A stretch of DNA of 64,000 bases. Origin: Octopus vulgaris. Its lineage: Eukaryota. Each line of letters starts with the position of its first letter. Position 1 is the stretch's first letter. Both the position numbers and the translations under genes were made by a program. The stretch spans positions 100,564,001-100,628,000 of the forward strand of contig OX597818.1 in assembly GCA_951406725.2 (NCBI GenBank), given 5' to 3'. The notes below the pieces were generated by a model that saw only the letters and a program-made list of their open reading frames with translations, was not told the DNA's origin and ran no database searches. Of the stretch, positions 27,979-42,518 are shown one piece after another.

Positions 27979-28299
27979 ATGGAAGATGGGGCTCTTTGTC
28001 ACATGGCTAAAATGACCCAAGAATTCTTGGATGTGAATGGAATTAAAAAACCTTTAACCCTCAGTTCAATCACCTGCTATGAAACCTGTTCAAAACCTAG
28101 GGACATAATGGATAGGGCATTTCATAAAAAGAACAAGAAAGCATCTCCGAAGCCTGATCTTTTGAGATTAAAGCATGACAATTGGCAACTAATTCCGCAA
28201 GAGAATATACGTCATTTGATCAGTAACATGCCTAATAGGGTCGTTGCTTTGAAACATGCCGAAGTCATATCTTGTAAATATTTAATATTCACGTTATAA
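27979..28299 (+). mobile_element. Decayed Tc1 transposase C-terminal fragment
   Basis: MEDGALCHMAK (QDGAPCH-like) and WQLIPQENIRHLISNMPNRVVAL. Confidence 0.65.
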
Positions 28300-28590
28300 C
28301 AATTAATAAGTAATTTGAATGAATAATTTCAGATTTAAATAGGTTTTAATGAATATATGTTTACTTATTTACTTGTGCCATGTTTCTGGTATATAGCCAT
28401 GTGTATTTACGTATGTATGTATGTATGTATGTATGTATGTATGTATGTATGTATGTATGTATGCATGTATGTATGTATGTATGTATGTATGTATGTATGT
28501 ATGTATATATCTATCTATGTATCACTCTCTCTGTATATATCTACCTATGTATCATTTTTCTCTGTATATATATATATATATATATATATA

Positions 28591-28767
28591 CTGTTGTGTC
28601 TGGAGAGAATCATTTTCTTTTGGTGCCTTATAATTGAACACAGAGGTAAAGTTTCCATATATTCCTTATTCTTATTTTGATTTTTATTTCGATAAGTGGA
28701 AATTTTACCGGTGCGTTTGTTAAATTGTGAGGCACAAAGAGAAAATGACTCTCACCAGACACAACAG
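28591..28767. mobile_element. MITE/foldback element with ~65-bp imperfect TIRs
   Basis: CTGTTGTGTCTGG(A/T)GAGA(A/G)TCATTTTCT... present in inverted orientation at both ends. Confidence 0.7.
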
Positions 28768-28982
28768 AATATGCTTCAACAAACGAAATCACATAAAGAA
28801 TCTTGGAAACCAAATTCAAGAACGATATATATATATATATACATATATATATGTATATATTATATTATATAATACATATATAATTATATATATATGTATA
28901 TGTATTATATAATCCTATATATATATATTTTATATTATGTAATACATATATATATATATACGTATATGTCATATTATATAAA

Positions 28983-29030
<48 letters not shown>

Positions 29031-30580
29031 GTATATGTTATATTATATAATACATATGTACACATGAGAAACACCTCCGAAACGCAATAAATAAATAATC
29101 TTGGCGAGCTGGATATACCCGTGAAATCAAACAACATTGTATGCATACAGAGACCTGATGGAAGCTCTACTTTATGGTATTTGACATGCTTTGTTATAAA
29201 TTATTGCTATGAAGGTGATGCAGTGTCACGTCGCAAAGCCAAAGGGCTGATGTATTTTCATTTACCACTTTAATCTGTTTAGGTACCAAATATTTCCAGT
29301 CGTCATAAAATATGTAAGAGGAATACGCTGGAGTCGTGTTAGTAGCATATAGATTAGGCTTGTTTATCTGAATAAGAGAAAGCAATAATAATTGATAGTT
29401 GTTATTAATTAATTACGTGAAACACAGATGGAGTACTTCGCTTTAAATTGTATCATTCCAAAACAACAGGAAAGCTACAGACAGCCGCTCAACAAAAGGA
29501 ACTACATAGATTTTGATGTAAACAATTATTATAAAATAAATTTATTGTACATTTTCAAAGAACATTTGTAAATTTGAAACGTTCATTCTCAGAAAAATTT
29601 ACTTGTTTTTTTAAATTTTTTTTTATGAAACTGGCTTCGTTTTATAGATCTTAATTAGTTAATTAATTTATTAAAGTAATGAAGAGGTTGGTGTTATAGG
29701 AAAACAAATAATGTTCAAAAGATGAAGAATTCCGAAATCAAATCCCGTGATTAAATGACTTAGCTGGAAATATTTAATGTTGTGTATATTATAAATTATA
29801 TTATATCTGAATCATATTGCATGAGGTGATATTTTTCTCAAAATGTTGAAGATAATTAATGATGATTTCAAATTCAAAGCAGCATTATTATTACGATGTA
29901 TTTGTTTTCTTTATACGTGTGTACATTACATACTCCTATGTGTGTTTGTGTATTTTCAAACACCTCTGTGGTCTCACGCATGTGTACACATTTATAAACA
30001 TAATAAACGGATAGAATCATAGAAGAAACTGAAAAGCACTACAGACACACGCACGCATGCACCCGGATTCACACACACACACACTCACACACATTTTTAT
30101 TATGATGTCGTCCATTTGTAAAAAACGTTCTTGATGACATAGATCATTATTATCTTCCACTGAAAAATATTCAAGCGAAAAACACAACAGATTTCTTTTA
30201 ACACCTTTGACCTTTTTGAATGTTTCAGTGCATGCGTTGTAGGAATGCTTAACTTGGTACATTGCAACTGAAGGAATTCAAGCATTAAATGAAAACTAAA
30301 TCGCTGTCTGTCTGGATGATATTATTTTACTATTAAACGATGTTTACATTTGTCCACAACATAGAGTACAGATCTACTGAAATATTGTCAGTAAAGCTAA
30401 GTACGTTACAATCGTCATCATTATATCAGCACCAGTAACAGCTAAGCTTCGCGCAATGGCCATACTCGATAACGAGGGGGCAGCCATAATAATAATATGT
30501 ACGTATATATATATGTGTGTGTGTGTGTGTATGTGTGTGTGGGTGTATGTGTGCTTGTGTGTGTATTATACATATATTCA

Positions 30581-30725
30581 CCGTAAACTAGCGGTTCGGC
30601 AAAAAGTGAGGTATAGAATAAGTACTAGTCTTATAATGAATAAGTCCTGGTGTCGATTTGTTCCACTAAAAGCGGTGCTCCAGCATAGCCGCAGTCAAAT
30701 GACTGAAACCATTAAAAGAATAAAA
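30581..30725 (+). mobile_element. 3' half of dominant CORE-like SINE
   Basis: TAGCGGTTCGGCAAAA...GCGGTGCTCCAGCATAGCCGCAGTCAAATGACTGAAAC. Confidence 0.8.
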
Positions 30726-30726
30726 A

Positions 30727-30774
<48 letters not shown>

Positions 30775-30826
30775 CATTTATACAAACACATACACACACA
30801 TAAAGGTATACATACATATATATATA

Positions 30827-30899
30827 TGATTTTGATTTTTTGATTTTTGATTTTTCCAGTTTCAGCTAATGAGCTGTGGCCATGCTGGGGCACCGCCAT
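30827..30899 (-). mobile_element. Extremely 5'-truncated copy of the 53.8-58.2 kb LINE (3' end only)
   Basis: TTTTTCCAGTTTCAGCTAATGAGCTGTGGCCATGCTGGGGCACCGCCAT is identical to 53808-53856, plus a (TGATTTT)-type tail. Confidence 0.9.
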
Positions 30900-30936
30900 A
30901 TATATATATATAAATAAATATATATAATATATATAT

Positions 30937-31165
30937 AGCGGCGAGCTGGCAGAAACGTTAGCACGCCAGGCGAAATGCGTAGCTGTATTTCGTCTGTCGT
31001 CACGTTCCGAGTTCAAATTCCGCCGAGGTCGACTTTGCCTTTCATCCTTTCGGGGTCGATAAATTAAGTACCAGTTACACACTGGGGTCGATATAATCGA
31101 CTTAATCCGTTCGTCTGTCCTTGTTTGTCCCGTCTGTGTTTAGCCCCTTGTGGGTAGTAAAGAAA
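30937..31165 (+). mobile_element. tRNA-derived SINE with Meta/MESC-like domain
   Basis: GAGCTGGCAGAAACG A-box-like, GAGTTCAAATTCC B box, GTCGACTTTGCCTTTCATCCTTTCGGGGTCGATAAATTAAGTACC domain. Confidence 0.85.
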
Positions 31166-32652
31166 TATATATATATATATACATATATAGTGCATACTTA
31201 TATATACATACAGACATGCATATATCAAAAGGATGTGTTATAATATTATTTGGGACGCATACCAACAATCGAACATACCTTCATCATCAGCCGCGCCACG
31301 GATATCATTATGGTTTCGACACCTGGGCAGCACCTTTCAATTGGGTGGTGTCAACAGCACTGAAATAAGTGTTGTTTTGGAAGAAACACACCAAATAGAC
31401 AATAACTTTCAAACAAAGTTAACCTATGTGCAATCGTATCAATAAATAAATTCAATAAGAAAATTACAACCACTCCTAAATACCTAACGAAACAAGAACA
31501 GATCTATTAAGTTGTACGAAAATTATAATCCCTACCGTCTTCCGTAGATTAATATTAAAGTAAAAGCTTAATAATGACGTTACTTCAATGAATCAATATA
31601 TAGGCAGGATTAAACACTAACTTTGCTAAAACTACATCAAGAAACATACAAACCAATGTAAACGTTATCGGTTTTAATAGTAAACTGCAATAACTAAATT
31701 TCATGCTAAATTGCGACCATACAAATAATAATCCCAGTAGTCTTCCATAGATACTACTATAATGAAAGCTATAGCTTTATATGAATCTCTCCGAAACAAA
31801 ACAAACACGTTTGAAATTAATTTAACTAATATTTTTATGTGTGAAATGCATTATTTCATCATTCAAAAGTTAAAAATAAAACACTACATACTCATTAATA
31901 TGCCACTACTACAAGCTATAATATTAAATTCCCAGTCCCGAAACTAGTTCGAGCGTATCACTCATGCTTGCGAGGAAGGGATGGCCTCCCTTTGCAAATA
32001 CTCCAAGGACACAGATATTGTGTCTAAAGCCAGCTAGAGACGAAGATCTGTTGGGGCTATAATGCTACAATAACACCCCCTCCCCAATGTGGTTAGCCAT
32101 GATAAGATGGCTTCTATACTTTACATTATCGAGCGATTACTGTTTCAATCTCATTCTGAGATTTAATTATGCCTAATATAAACATTGAATTTCATCAAAT
32201 AGGAACTAATAAAGTACTTTAAATTAACTATTCTTATAAACCTTGCTATGTTTTAATCTAATTAAAACTGTTTAAAGGATAATAAAACTACAAGAATTAC
32301 TTGCATGTTTAAACAGACGCGGTTCCTTCACCAAGAATTTAAAGGGTCGACTAAATATTGATGACGTAGTGCGTGATTACTATTTCCTCATTTGTCTTAA
32401 TATTGGTGACGTGACAAGCGAATCACTGGAATCGTAAACCTTCCAAACCCTTATAAGTGGAGATGTCCAGAACATATGTCCAAGCATTTTGAAATGAAGC
32501 TTAGAGGAACGCATAACCATCTTCAGAGATATTCGTTTACCTTTCTCTCCTATATTTTCATTGGAATTTCATACTCTCACTACATATATACGTACATATA
32601 TATGCATGTAGATACGTATGTACGTGTTTATATATACATACAACATACATAA

Positions 32653-32719
<67 letters not shown>

Positions 32720-32720
<1 letters not shown>

Positions 32721-33107
32721 TAGCAGTATCGCCCGGCGTTGTTCGGGTTTGTAAGGGAAATAACTATAAAGCATTTTTAGAGAGTTATAGCCAAAAATAG
32801 CAAAAAATGCATTAAAAATGGAAAAAAAAATATGGTAATTTTTTTTTTAATCGTTGACTCATCGTAGACATTTTTAGAGGGTTACTTCCCTTATATAAAA
32901 AAAAATATGCATTAAAATGGAAAAAACATGATGGTAAATTATTTTAAAAATCGTAGACTCATCATAGACGCGCGCTAATACCCAGAAGGGCTTGGTATGA
33001 ATCACGACTATAAGATACCCGGTTTTGGTTAAACTGTACCGCAAAATGTGGGAGTAGTTAGGAATCTAAATCGGAGTAGAGAGACACACAACCTTTCTTT
33101 TATATAA

Positions 33108-33110
<3 letters not shown>
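32720..33110 (-). mobile_element. Non-autonomous Helitron
   Basis: Minus strand starts TCTTTATATAAAAG and ends with hairpin CCCGAACAACGCCGGG then ...CTAG; sits between A and T of a (TA)n tract; internal ~100-bp tandem duplication. Confidence 0.8.
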
Positions 33111-33182
<72 letters not shown>

Positions 33183-33208
33183 TATATACATATATATTAT
33201 TTTTACGG

Positions 33209-34130
33209 CATTTTTATGGCATAAATCATCACTCATGATATATATTTATATGAATAATCCAGTTTTATAACTTGGCAATCATATTTTTTGCAGTGAAATT
33301 TCCATGTATGGACAAGTGATTCAGTTTCATTTTTCTCAGTCTCCTCTATCTCACTCTATATATGTATATATATATATATATATATATCTGTATTTATATG
33401 TATATGTTAAATAAAGTGAGGCAACAAATCCAAGGCGGTGTGAAATTTCTATGACATTTATAAAGAGAAAGTTAAAGTAAATTAATATGGATTTTTAATC
33501 TCGGCAGGTATCTTATTTGAAATTTGATATGATCTAGATCTGGTTAACCACATCGAATACTAGGGAACATACAAAATTATTGAAGACGAAAAATTTAACA
33601 GTACCTCTCTCGACAGGTAAATCCTGAGTTCCTTTCAGAGGATATTATACAACTAATAAAGTATATAATCAATATCATAAAGAACAAAATATAATTTCCC
33701 ATTCTTCTTCTCAGTTCAGTGGTTATGGTGTTGCACTCACAATCGCGTGTTCCTGGTTTCAATTTCTAGAGCGGGTAGCGCATTTTGTTCTTAAGCAAAA
33801 CACTTCATCGCATATTGCTCTGCGATCACTTCTGCTTATGGTGCGTGGTACATCATGCAGCGGTTCACACAACGTCGATTTGACGGGTGTGAGCTAATAT
33901 GTAGCACATATGTTTGATCGCCATAATAAAATTAATTGTGCAGATCATTCAGCAAAATACTGAAAACCTATACGCCATTTTTGACGGCATAAATCATCAA
34001 TCATGATATATATTTATATGAATAATCCAGTTTTATAACTTGGCAATCATATTTCTTGCAGTGAAATTTCCATGTATGGACAAGTGATTCAGTTTCATTT
34101 TTCTCAATTTCCTTCCCTATCTCACTCTAT
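33209..34130 (+). repeat. ~150-bp direct repeat (33209-33359 and 33976-34130)
   Basis: GGCATAAATCATCA...GGACAAGTGATTCAGTTTCATTTT...CTATCTCACTCTAT occurs twice, nearly identical. Confidence 0.9.
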
Positions 34131-34382
34131 TTTACTGCTTCTGTATAATCATAAATGATGCAATTCACTTCTGAGGGCACAAAACTATGCTTCATGTCCA
34201 GTATTGCGAATTGTCATTAACATGTTTCATGATACAGTGGTATTACTATTTCAAGTACTTCAAGCACCGCTGATGTATCTTTTACTGTTACAACAAATAC
34301 TACTAGTGCTACTGTGGGGGGGTTTCAACTGCTCCACTCCCCTCATGTCCCTTTCTCCCGCTACTACTTTTACAACCATTGT

Positions 34383-34383
<1 letters not shown>

Positions 34384-34437
<54 letters not shown>

Positions 34438-34512
34438 GCTGCTTCTGCTGCTGCTACTGCTACTACTACTACTACCACTACTACTACTACTACTACTGCT
34501 ACTACTACTGCA

Positions 34513-34562
<50 letters not shown>

Positions 34563-34599
34563 TACTACTACTACTACTATTGCTACTACTACTACTACA

Positions 34600-34653
<54 letters not shown>

Positions 34654-34672
34654 GCTACTGCTGCTGCTACTG

Positions 34673-34722
<50 letters not shown>

Positions 34723-34727
34723 GCAAC

Positions 34728-34760
<33 letters not shown>

Positions 34761-34797
34761 TACTACTACTACTACTATTGCTACTACTACTACTACA

Positions 34798-34837
<40 letters not shown>

Positions 34838-34879
34838 ATAATAATAATAATAATAATAATGATAATACTCCAGCTGCTC

Positions 34880-34933
<54 letters not shown>

Positions 34934-34947
34934 TTACTACTACTACT
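34384..34947 (+). repeat. (ACT)n/(GCT)n microsatellite array, potentially a Thr-rich mucin-like exon
   Basis: Visible repeat with an internal block duplication; see findings for the exon hypothesis. Confidence 0.85.
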
Positions 34948-35771
34948 CACATTTATGCAAACTCCATAATGTTACATGACTTTTGGTGATTCTCATGAAC
35001 TAAGTGACTCAGAATGATTGTGTAAATTTAAAGTAAGATACCAGTAATATAATGAAACCCAGATTTGTATTGTTATCAAAACTGATATTGATCTGTTGGT
35101 GTAGCTACATAGTGTCCATACCTATTGGCCATTACCTTCATACATCCTATTTTCTTTTAAAAACTGCATTTAAAAATTTATTTAAGTAATCCAAAACTTC
35201 CAGAATACCTCTTTCTTTCTTCATAATTACACAGAAACTGTAATCTCGAATTTATCATCTGCATCTATATGAGGAGTATGAAGTATTCTTTAATTTCCAT
35301 AATCACAGGTTAAATAATGAAACACTTGAATGAACTTCTGAAGAAGAGCAATATAGAAACACAGTCTGAATTATAAGAAATGATGTATAACGTCGGTTTG
35401 ACAGCATTCATGATTCCTGCTGAAGATAGTCAGACAATCAGTCACAGAAAAAAATGTGGAATTGTATATCAGTTGATATAAATTTTCTTTTTGCAGTATT
35501 TTGCAGGAAACACTTGTCGCTTTCATTTATCGAACGCAAACTTTAACTTCACTCTCATACAAAGACTTATGTAACAGGAAGCTATATAAAGTGCATTTCA
35601 CGGTCTGTCAGTTTATAGATTGCAATATTTTTCTTTCCGATTTATTCCAGTATTATATTAGACGTTACATATTTATAAAAATTACATACAATATGTATAA
35701 ACCGCGTTTGTTATAAATAGGAAAAAGAATAGATGGTTAGAGATAGATAGAAATACATTTGTGTGTGTGTA

Positions 35772-35838
<67 letters not shown>

Positions 35839-36239
35839 ATGTATGAATGTATTCATAGATAAACACTCATACAGTATGTTACGAAATTTCTGGATGTTTT
35901 TGAATGATGGAAATAAAACATAATTGCATTATGATAACTTTTATTCATAAGATTACGCTCAGCCTTCGCTTCAGATTTTAGTACATCTATTCGAAATTTT
36001 CAAAATTCCCTCCACTTGGGACTAGGCTCTGTTGGAGGGAAAATTTATCCAATAATTCTTTTCTGGATCTATATAATTAAAGTATTTCCAGTCAAGGATT
36101 CTTTGTAAGTCGGACAAATCAATATCGAGTAAGAATTGTGGTTGTAGTAAAAGACCCTCCTCGAAGTCATGTAAATGATTTCGGGTAGCCAAATATACAT
36201 AGGGCTCGGATTTGTCTTTGTGCCATCGTCGTTCTGGTT

Positions 36240-36545
36240 TGTTGTTTGTTCCTTCTCAAGCCATGTCTGGCTCATAAGGGCTGGTTTCCAGGTTTCTTGG
36301 CGTATAGGTTCCCCACCTGGACGGGATGTCGATCCGTGGCAGGTGAGCTGCAAGATGCAGGAGGAAAGAGTGAGGGAAAGTTGAAGCGAAAGAGTCAGCA
36401 GATGTTTCGCCATTACCTTCTGCCGCAGCCGCGTGGAGCTTAGGTGTTTCGCTCATAAACACACACATCGCCCGGTCTGAGATTCGAACCCGCGACCCAT
36501 CGACCGCGAGTCCACTGCTCTAAATACTAGGCCATGTGCCTCCAC
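36240..36545 (-). mobile_element. tRNA-derived SINE with V-like domain and (AAC)n tail
   Basis: Minus strand GGAGGCACATGGCCTAGT...GGTTCGAATC (B box)...ATCCCGTCCAGGTGGGGAAC. Confidence 0.8.
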
Positions 36546-37361
36546 ACCCCATTCTGGTAGGATAGATCTACCCGTATCTGGTGAGTTGTGGATTGCCTTT
36601 CTCCGGGGGGGGGGGGGCAACCGTGCACATTATATTGATAGTCTCATTCTGTGGGAGTAAAACCTATTATATGATGCCTTCGAAATTCTACCAAACAGAA
36701 AGCAAAGTTATTTTTGCATGACTTTGAGAACTCTTTAGTAGATTCTCACGCAAATTCAAAGATTGGTTACTCCTATCCATTCCATTATGCAATTCTAGTC
36801 AAGAAATGTTTAAAAAAGTTACGTTGTTTATCGGATGCAGAATTCTGCTCAGAGCAATTTTTCTCTGACAGCTTGTGAAAGACCCATATACCATAACGGG
36901 AAATATACTCAATTTTATTAAGGTTCATGAATAGTAATTTTTAGAACTGTCAGTATCTCTGAAAAGTCATTACTTGTGATCTGTGTCGGCTTCGAAGTTT
37001 ACTTTCAAAACATTATCCTCCAAATCTGAAGGTTTTCTATAGCGAATTGTATATTCTAATTTGAAACGCGTTTAAAGTTTGCATCTACTGCAGATTCTCC
37101 ATACAGTTTACCATACGGTTCACAAGTGTTTTATACTATTGTGTATTGCTTCCAGCTGTCAGAAAGGAGGGGAGCATTACGTATATAAAATGTAATTTTA
37201 GGTAATAAATCTTGGAAATTAAAAAGGGCAAGCAAATGTAAAAGACATAATATTATGCCACAATCCAAGTGATACAAATTAGTTATATCAAACTCACAGA
37301 TGTCATATGAAATGCTTAAAGACATAACTGTCGAAATTGCCCAGAGCTAAAGCATAATTCG

Positions 37362-37394
<33 letters not shown>

Positions 37395-39159
37395 TGTATG
37401 TATGTATGTATGTATGTATGTATGTATGTATGTATGTATGTATGTATGTATGTATTTATGTATGTATGTATGTATGTATGTATGTATGTATGTATGTATG
37501 TATTTAAGTATGTATGTTTGTACGCATGGGATAGTTGAGGATTTTATGTCTTTTAATACCTAGGGCAGTTCGTTGGGAAAGAAATATATGACAATTACGA
37601 TAGCTGAAATCAACATCATAAGAATAGCTTGCCTAAGCTTTTAGAAGCCCCTGAAATTTATGCTTTGGGCTAAGAATCTTCGGTGCTGGTTTGACATGTT
37701 GTGCTGAAGGAAAATTAAAGAATGTAGGGTGGGGTGGTTGGTGTAACTGACTATACACAAACAAGTTTTATTGTTAGCGTTTTTTAGTCTAATGCTTTTA
37801 ATTTGTCTGATATATAAAAATTCCTTTCGGGCTTTCTTTTACCGTCATTAAACCAGAGTAATCCAGTACCTGACTTGGAAGGGAGGTATTTAACTTATAT
37901 ATTCGTTGCGAATTCATTTTAAATATTTCGTGCGAAACCTATGCATAGAATATGGAAAGGATGGTCTGGAATTCTAACATAAATTGCATTTCTTAAAAAC
38001 AAATATAACATTATGCTTCCATATTTGGAATTTAAATTCAACACAAACACACACACACACACACACACACACGATCACTGCGTAGAATTTTCAGATTGAA
38101 GAAGGCAAGTATATATGGAATTTATGTTTCCACATAACGAATATTCTATTAGAGAGCCCTAGTACAATTAAAAAAGGAAAAAGATTACACATAAATTGAA
38201 ATACACATGCAAAAATCACGATTAAAATTCATATGTAATAATGTGTATTAAACATTTATATTCACTCACCTATACGTTCACGGCTAGATATTTTTGCCAT
38301 TTCGAGTGTACTCGTATTTATTTGCTTGTGTGTTCATACGGACTTTTTCGAGTCTATTGTATGTGTGCGTATCTGTGGGCGTTAATATTTAGAATTTCAA
38401 TCTATAGGAAATGCGAATCTATTTCGATGTGTGCATGGATGCATACATAAAGATGAGCAACAAAACCAAATATCCAACATATATATATCAATATGATACT
38501 GCATGCGGAAACAATTTTTCCAACACCATCAACTGCACACACACTCGCGCATATATCTATTTATATTTATATGTATATATGTATATATATGTATTTTCTA
38601 TCTAACGCTATCACACACACAAATACACATACATACACACACACACACACATATATATATACATATATATATGCGAAGATACACAAAAACATATAAGTTA
38701 TCACTGATTCACATATCCATGTATGCACAACATTTAGAGATATATTGTACATCAACCCACATGCATGGTGATAGCTAAAGCAAACATAGAAATGCCTATT
38801 CACATGCAGATAAGACAATGCCTGCACTTTAAAATGTGCACATGTGATATATAAATACATACATATATATATATATATATTTACACCCATACACACATCA
38901 TATATATATATATGCATATATATATATATATATGTATATATTGGCTTTTCTGTACCATATATATATATATATATATATGCATGTATGTATATCGTTTAGT
39001 TTCTTGTGTTTGTTTTCACTGTAGGCGACCATTATTTATCACGCGTATAACGTTAGATCTTTCAAAGAAGTAGTAAACATGCATATAAGCGAATGCCTGT
39101 ACTTTAATGCAAGCAGATAGGATACACACACACACATACACACGCATACAAATATCGAC

Positions 39160-39314
<155 letters not shown>

Positions 39315-39570
39315 TGTAAAGAAATATGATTCAGTAAGTATTTCAGATAATTCTTTATCAGCGCTTTCGTTTGTTTAACCGAGCTCTTCAAGAAAGTTTA
39401 CAACCAAGATCTTAGTTTTAATCTATCGCGTAGTGTTCGGTTCAACGAACGAGAACTCGAATAAGAAATTTAAATTCTGACTGCTTCCTTTTTCTTAACA
39501 AACAATATCTTTACACTACTTCAAACACTCTATACGTCCATCTATCCTTACATTCATACGTACATGCATA

Positions 39571-39671
39571 CGAGGGGTGTATGGAAATTTTGACCCTTCA
39601 ACTTCCTTTGAGTCTTGAAGTCTTGTACCATGCTTTTTTTGGGAGGCTGAAGACTTTTCATACACCCCGCG
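39571..39671. mobile_element. 101-bp mariner-type MITE
   Basis: TA-CG(A/C)GGGGTGTATG(G/A)AAA inverted termini with TA flanks. Confidence 0.75.
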
Positions 39672-39707
39672 TACATATGCCTGTGCGTTTGTGTATATAC
39701 TTATATA

Positions 39708-39757
<50 letters not shown>

Positions 39758-39787
39758 GTGTGTGTATGGGTGTGCATGTAAATAGAA

Positions 39788-39859
<72 letters not shown>

Positions 39860-40830
39860 TTCAATTGCTTGTATTTGTTTTCCGTTTAGGTGTCTATTAT
39901 GTATCTCATGCGTATTACATGATACTTTGAATAGATGTAAAGAACGGAGAATAATATGAAAAAGTGTGAGAAACAAGAGCGTTATAAGGAAAATGCATAT
40001 CTCGGAATCAATTTGTCGTATCTACGATTGTTACAGCATAGCAAAGCATAAATTAATTGAACAACAATATGAACACCGTGTTTTCAGTTATCACTGATTT
40101 CAATCTAACACACCTGCATTATAATCCATTAGGTGTGAGATATATATAGGCCCTCTAGCAGCGTTTCAGAGAAATAATTATGCGTTAAACAAGAGAGTGC
40201 ATCACGCGACATCCCTCTTTCCATGTTTGATACTTTTATAATTGTGTATTTGCTTGCTAATGATAACATTTCCTCATATGCATATGAATACTTGAACGTA
40301 TGCGCTACCTAGTGATGGCCTGACATCACTGGTTTCGCGTTGCTATGATACTGGATGTGCATGACAGCGAGAGTCAATAAGATACTAGATTGCGCAAACC
40401 ATTTTGTTTTATAAAATAATTCATTATATATTCATTTCATATTATATGCATCCAGCTGTCAACATCGAAACAACACACATGAATGTGTGAGAAATGGGGA
40501 AAAAAGACAAACATGGAATAATGCGCATATGTTGAGACAAATAAGTTGAATAAAGGTAGATGTTTTCGTGTTACATCTACATATTCATAGAGATATACAC
40601 TCTGATGATATAAATATGTGCCTGTGATATGTTTAATGCATGTATGTGTGTAAAGTTGAGTGCTGGTGTCCTTTGTGCGGTGAAATCAGAAAGTAGAATC
40701 AACATTGGTTTACAATACAGTAAAGTATTAAAAGTATATATTAAAACTACTGTAGTTAACGCGTGTACCGCTGTTAATCTGTTTTGCACTCTGCAGAAAT
40801 CTAGGCAAAATGTATGCGCATTTATACCTA

Positions 40831-41060
40831 TTTCTTTATTACCCACAAGGGGCTAAACATAGAGGGGACAAACAAGGACAGACATAGGTATTAAGTCGAT
40901 TACATCGACCCCAGTGCGTAACTGGTACTTAATTTATCGACCCCGAAAGGATGAAAGGCAAAGTCGACCTCGGCGGAATTTGAACTCACAACGTAACGAC
41001 AGACGAAATACCGCTAAGCATTTCGCCCGGCGCGCTAACGTTTCTGCCAGATCGCCACCT
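40831..41060 (-). mobile_element. Meta-like SINE with 16-bp TSD
   Basis: TGCGCATTTATACCTA at 40815-40830 and 41063-41078. Confidence 0.9.
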
Positions 41061-41236
41061 TTTGCGCATTTATACCTACCTACCTACATACATACCTACT
41101 TGCCTACCAACCTATATACATACCTACCAACCTACCTACCTACGCACATACATATATATATACATGCATACATACATACATACATACATACATGCATACA
41201 TATTTCCTATTGCCGGTATTTCAACGGTTTGAAAAA

Positions 41237-41462
41237 GGCGGCGGGCTGGCAGAAACGCTAGCACGCCGGGCGAAATGCGTAGCCGTATTTCGTCTGGCAT
41301 TACGTACTGAGTTCAAATTCCGCCGAGGCAAACTTTACCTTTCATCTTTTCGGGGTCGATAAATTAAGTACCAGTTACGCACTGGGGTCGATGTAATCGA
41401 CTTAAACCGTTTCTCTGTCTTTGTACCCTCTGTGTTTAGCCCCTTGTGGGTAGTGAAGAAAT
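41237..41462 (+). mobile_element. Meta-like SINE with 15-bp TSD
   Basis: GTATTTCAACGGTTT at 41216-41230 and 41465-41479. Confidence 0.9.
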
Positions 41463-41676
41463 ATGTATTTCAACGGTTTTTCATTCCCCTTTTCTTCTAT
41501 TCCCATCTATTTTTGTCGAAGAGCATATGCTCGAAGCGTTAAGCACATGCCTCGTTTTTTCCTGCGTAGTAAACTAATATCCACTGCTTCCTGTTCCTTG
41601 ACCATTTTATTATTGGTTATTTTTTCACATTTTTCGATCACACATACATAAATACACATGCACACACTTGTATATG

Positions 41677-41739
<63 letters not shown>

Positions 41740-41964
41740 TTACAGAGAGAGAGAGAGAGAAAGAGAGAGAGAGGAAGAAATAGAATGATTGATAGAGATA
41801 AATACATAGACGTATATATACAAGTGTGTGCGTGTGTATGTAAGTATGTGTATCTCTCTATCAATCTATCTCTTTCTCTCTCTCTCTCTGTAAATATATC
41901 ATTAATTATATATATTCTGTTAGAATATTATACACTCTCATGGTTACGAAGATGAATTTAACAA

Positions 41965-42025
<61 letters not shown>

Positions 42026-42400
42026 CGAAATTTTCTTACCATAACCTGTTTGCATAAATCTAAACCAGTAAATTTTAATCTATTTTCAAAAATACTTTCT
42101 CATATAGTTTTTTTTATTTATTTGAAAACAACATTTGATATATTATAAAAACTTCATTTTCTCCATCTCGGACGAGCGGAAGTATTGTCTATCGATGTGT
42201 ATCAACAATGGATCCTATTATAATGACAATACTTTAATGCCACGACCGTAAGATGCATTAATTAATACATTTTTAAGCTGTCTTGTTTCATATATTTATA
42301 TATATTTTGATTACAATACAAGTTTAGACATATATATCTTCGTGAGAAATTTTTTTGATATTGGATTTCATGCTATTATTTCAAAATATAGTATATATAT

Positions 42401-42455
<55 letters not shown>

Positions 42456-42518
42456 CCTGATATAACGAAAGAGATAAACTATATTCTATCATTTCAAGAT
42501 TACACTAATTTATTGTAG

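Noticed and set aside
36460-36545. tRNA-like sequences with A/B boxes (also 4274, 12250-12350, 33710)
   Set aside because: SINE heads continuing into SINE bodies; no complete cloverleaf found.
42141-42253. TATA-like box plus ACC/GTAAGA donor as first exon of gene A
   Set aside because: No ATG reaches the donor in phase 0, so it cannot join the LIFLAV frame as assembled.
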